A stretch of 63,942 nt of DNA, filler included, from Chiloscyllium plagiosum (Eukaryota), in the NCBI RefSeq assembly GCF_004010195.1. It is 4 parts of one record of this genome, joined end to end, with 100 filler letters (N's around TTAATTAATTAA, not from the genome) between each part and the next. Parts side by side here need not be neighbours in the genome. Positions count along the whole stretch, not along the records: positions 60,777 to 63,942 come from NC_057712.1; 3 more parts are not named here. One strand, written 5' to 3'. This document shows, in pieces, positions 63,291 through 63,942 of this stretch; the stretch's first letter is position 1, and each line of letters opens with the position of its first letter. The position numbers and the translations under genes were made by a program. The notes beneath the pieces were generated by a model. It was given only the letters and a program-made list of their open reading frames with translations. It ran no database searches and was not told the origin of the DNA.

Positions 63291-63942
63291 AGAATAGAAG
63301 GATAGAACAACAGCGTCTGCTTGAAGCCCGCTTAAAAGCGGCTGAAACAGCATACACTGATAGACCTATTATTAAATTGCAAAGGATTACAGCTCTTAGG
63401 ACAGCTCTAAACACTACACTTACTCAAACGGCTAAGAGGGAAATATTATTTGCAAAACAAAGGTTATATGAATATGGCGACAAACCGGGTAGATACTTAG
63501 CATTTCTTGCAAAGAAAAAAAAGGCCCCTCAGACTATTATGTCTATCAAGGAAAGTACGGGTATTTTGACTCATGATCATAAAAAGATTAATGCAACCTT
63601 TACAGAATTCTATTCTGAGTTATATAAATCACAGGATTGTGAAGATAGGACGAAGAAGATGCAGTCATTTTTTAAAAATTTGACTTCTCCAGACCTAACT
63701 CCGGAACAAGTATCGGTCCTAAATGCTCCTCTTACACCCCAAGAAATAGTTGATGCAATTAGGCACCTTCAAAATGGTAAGACGCCGGGCCCAGATGGCT
63801 TTCAAGCTGAATTCTATAAAGAATTTACAGAAATACTGGTTGGTCCACTTATGGACATGTATAACTATGCATATAGTCAGGGCTGTCTCCCGCCTTCGCT
63901 GAAAGAGGCAAATATCTCTCTTATCCTTAAAAAAGAAAAGGA
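63291..63942 (+). mobile_element. L1-clade LINE ORF2 (linker and Z region before the RT), 5'-truncated, open to the window end
   Basis: Frame from 63305 gives 212 codons without a stop: YEYGDKPGRYLA, F.EFYSELY, LNAPLTPQEI, GKTPGPDGFQAEFYK, EANISLILKK. Confidence 0.92.

Overview
This is eukaryotic (vertebrate) intronic DNA. The HE1-type tRNA SINEs, CR1 LINEs and Penelope families suggest a cartilaginous fish, probably a shark (inference). The only host gene I can support is gamma-2-syntrophin (SNTG2) on the minus strand, with four internal phase-0 exons at 20396-20434, 15739-15855, 10324-10395 and 7868-8077. The rest is intron, filled with CR1, L1, Tx1, L2, Penelope-like (PLE), Harbinger, Tigger/pogo and Gypsy-like relics, many of them nested. 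There are five assembly gaps, three of which carry an artificial TTAATTAATTAA spacer. The strongest signal is a set of 96-204 bp PLE-end modules from at least three families. They carry minimal type-I hammerhead ribozyme cores, and five are flanked by 6-16 bp target-site duplications (TSDs). A separate tandem ribozyme pair lies in the sense of the SNTG2 pre-mRNA about 470 nt upstream of a 39-nt exon. Other observations: several locally templated duplications, an in-frame insertion in a CR1 RT, and an open L1 ORF2 running off the window end. All family assignments come from motif recognition by eye, not database searches.
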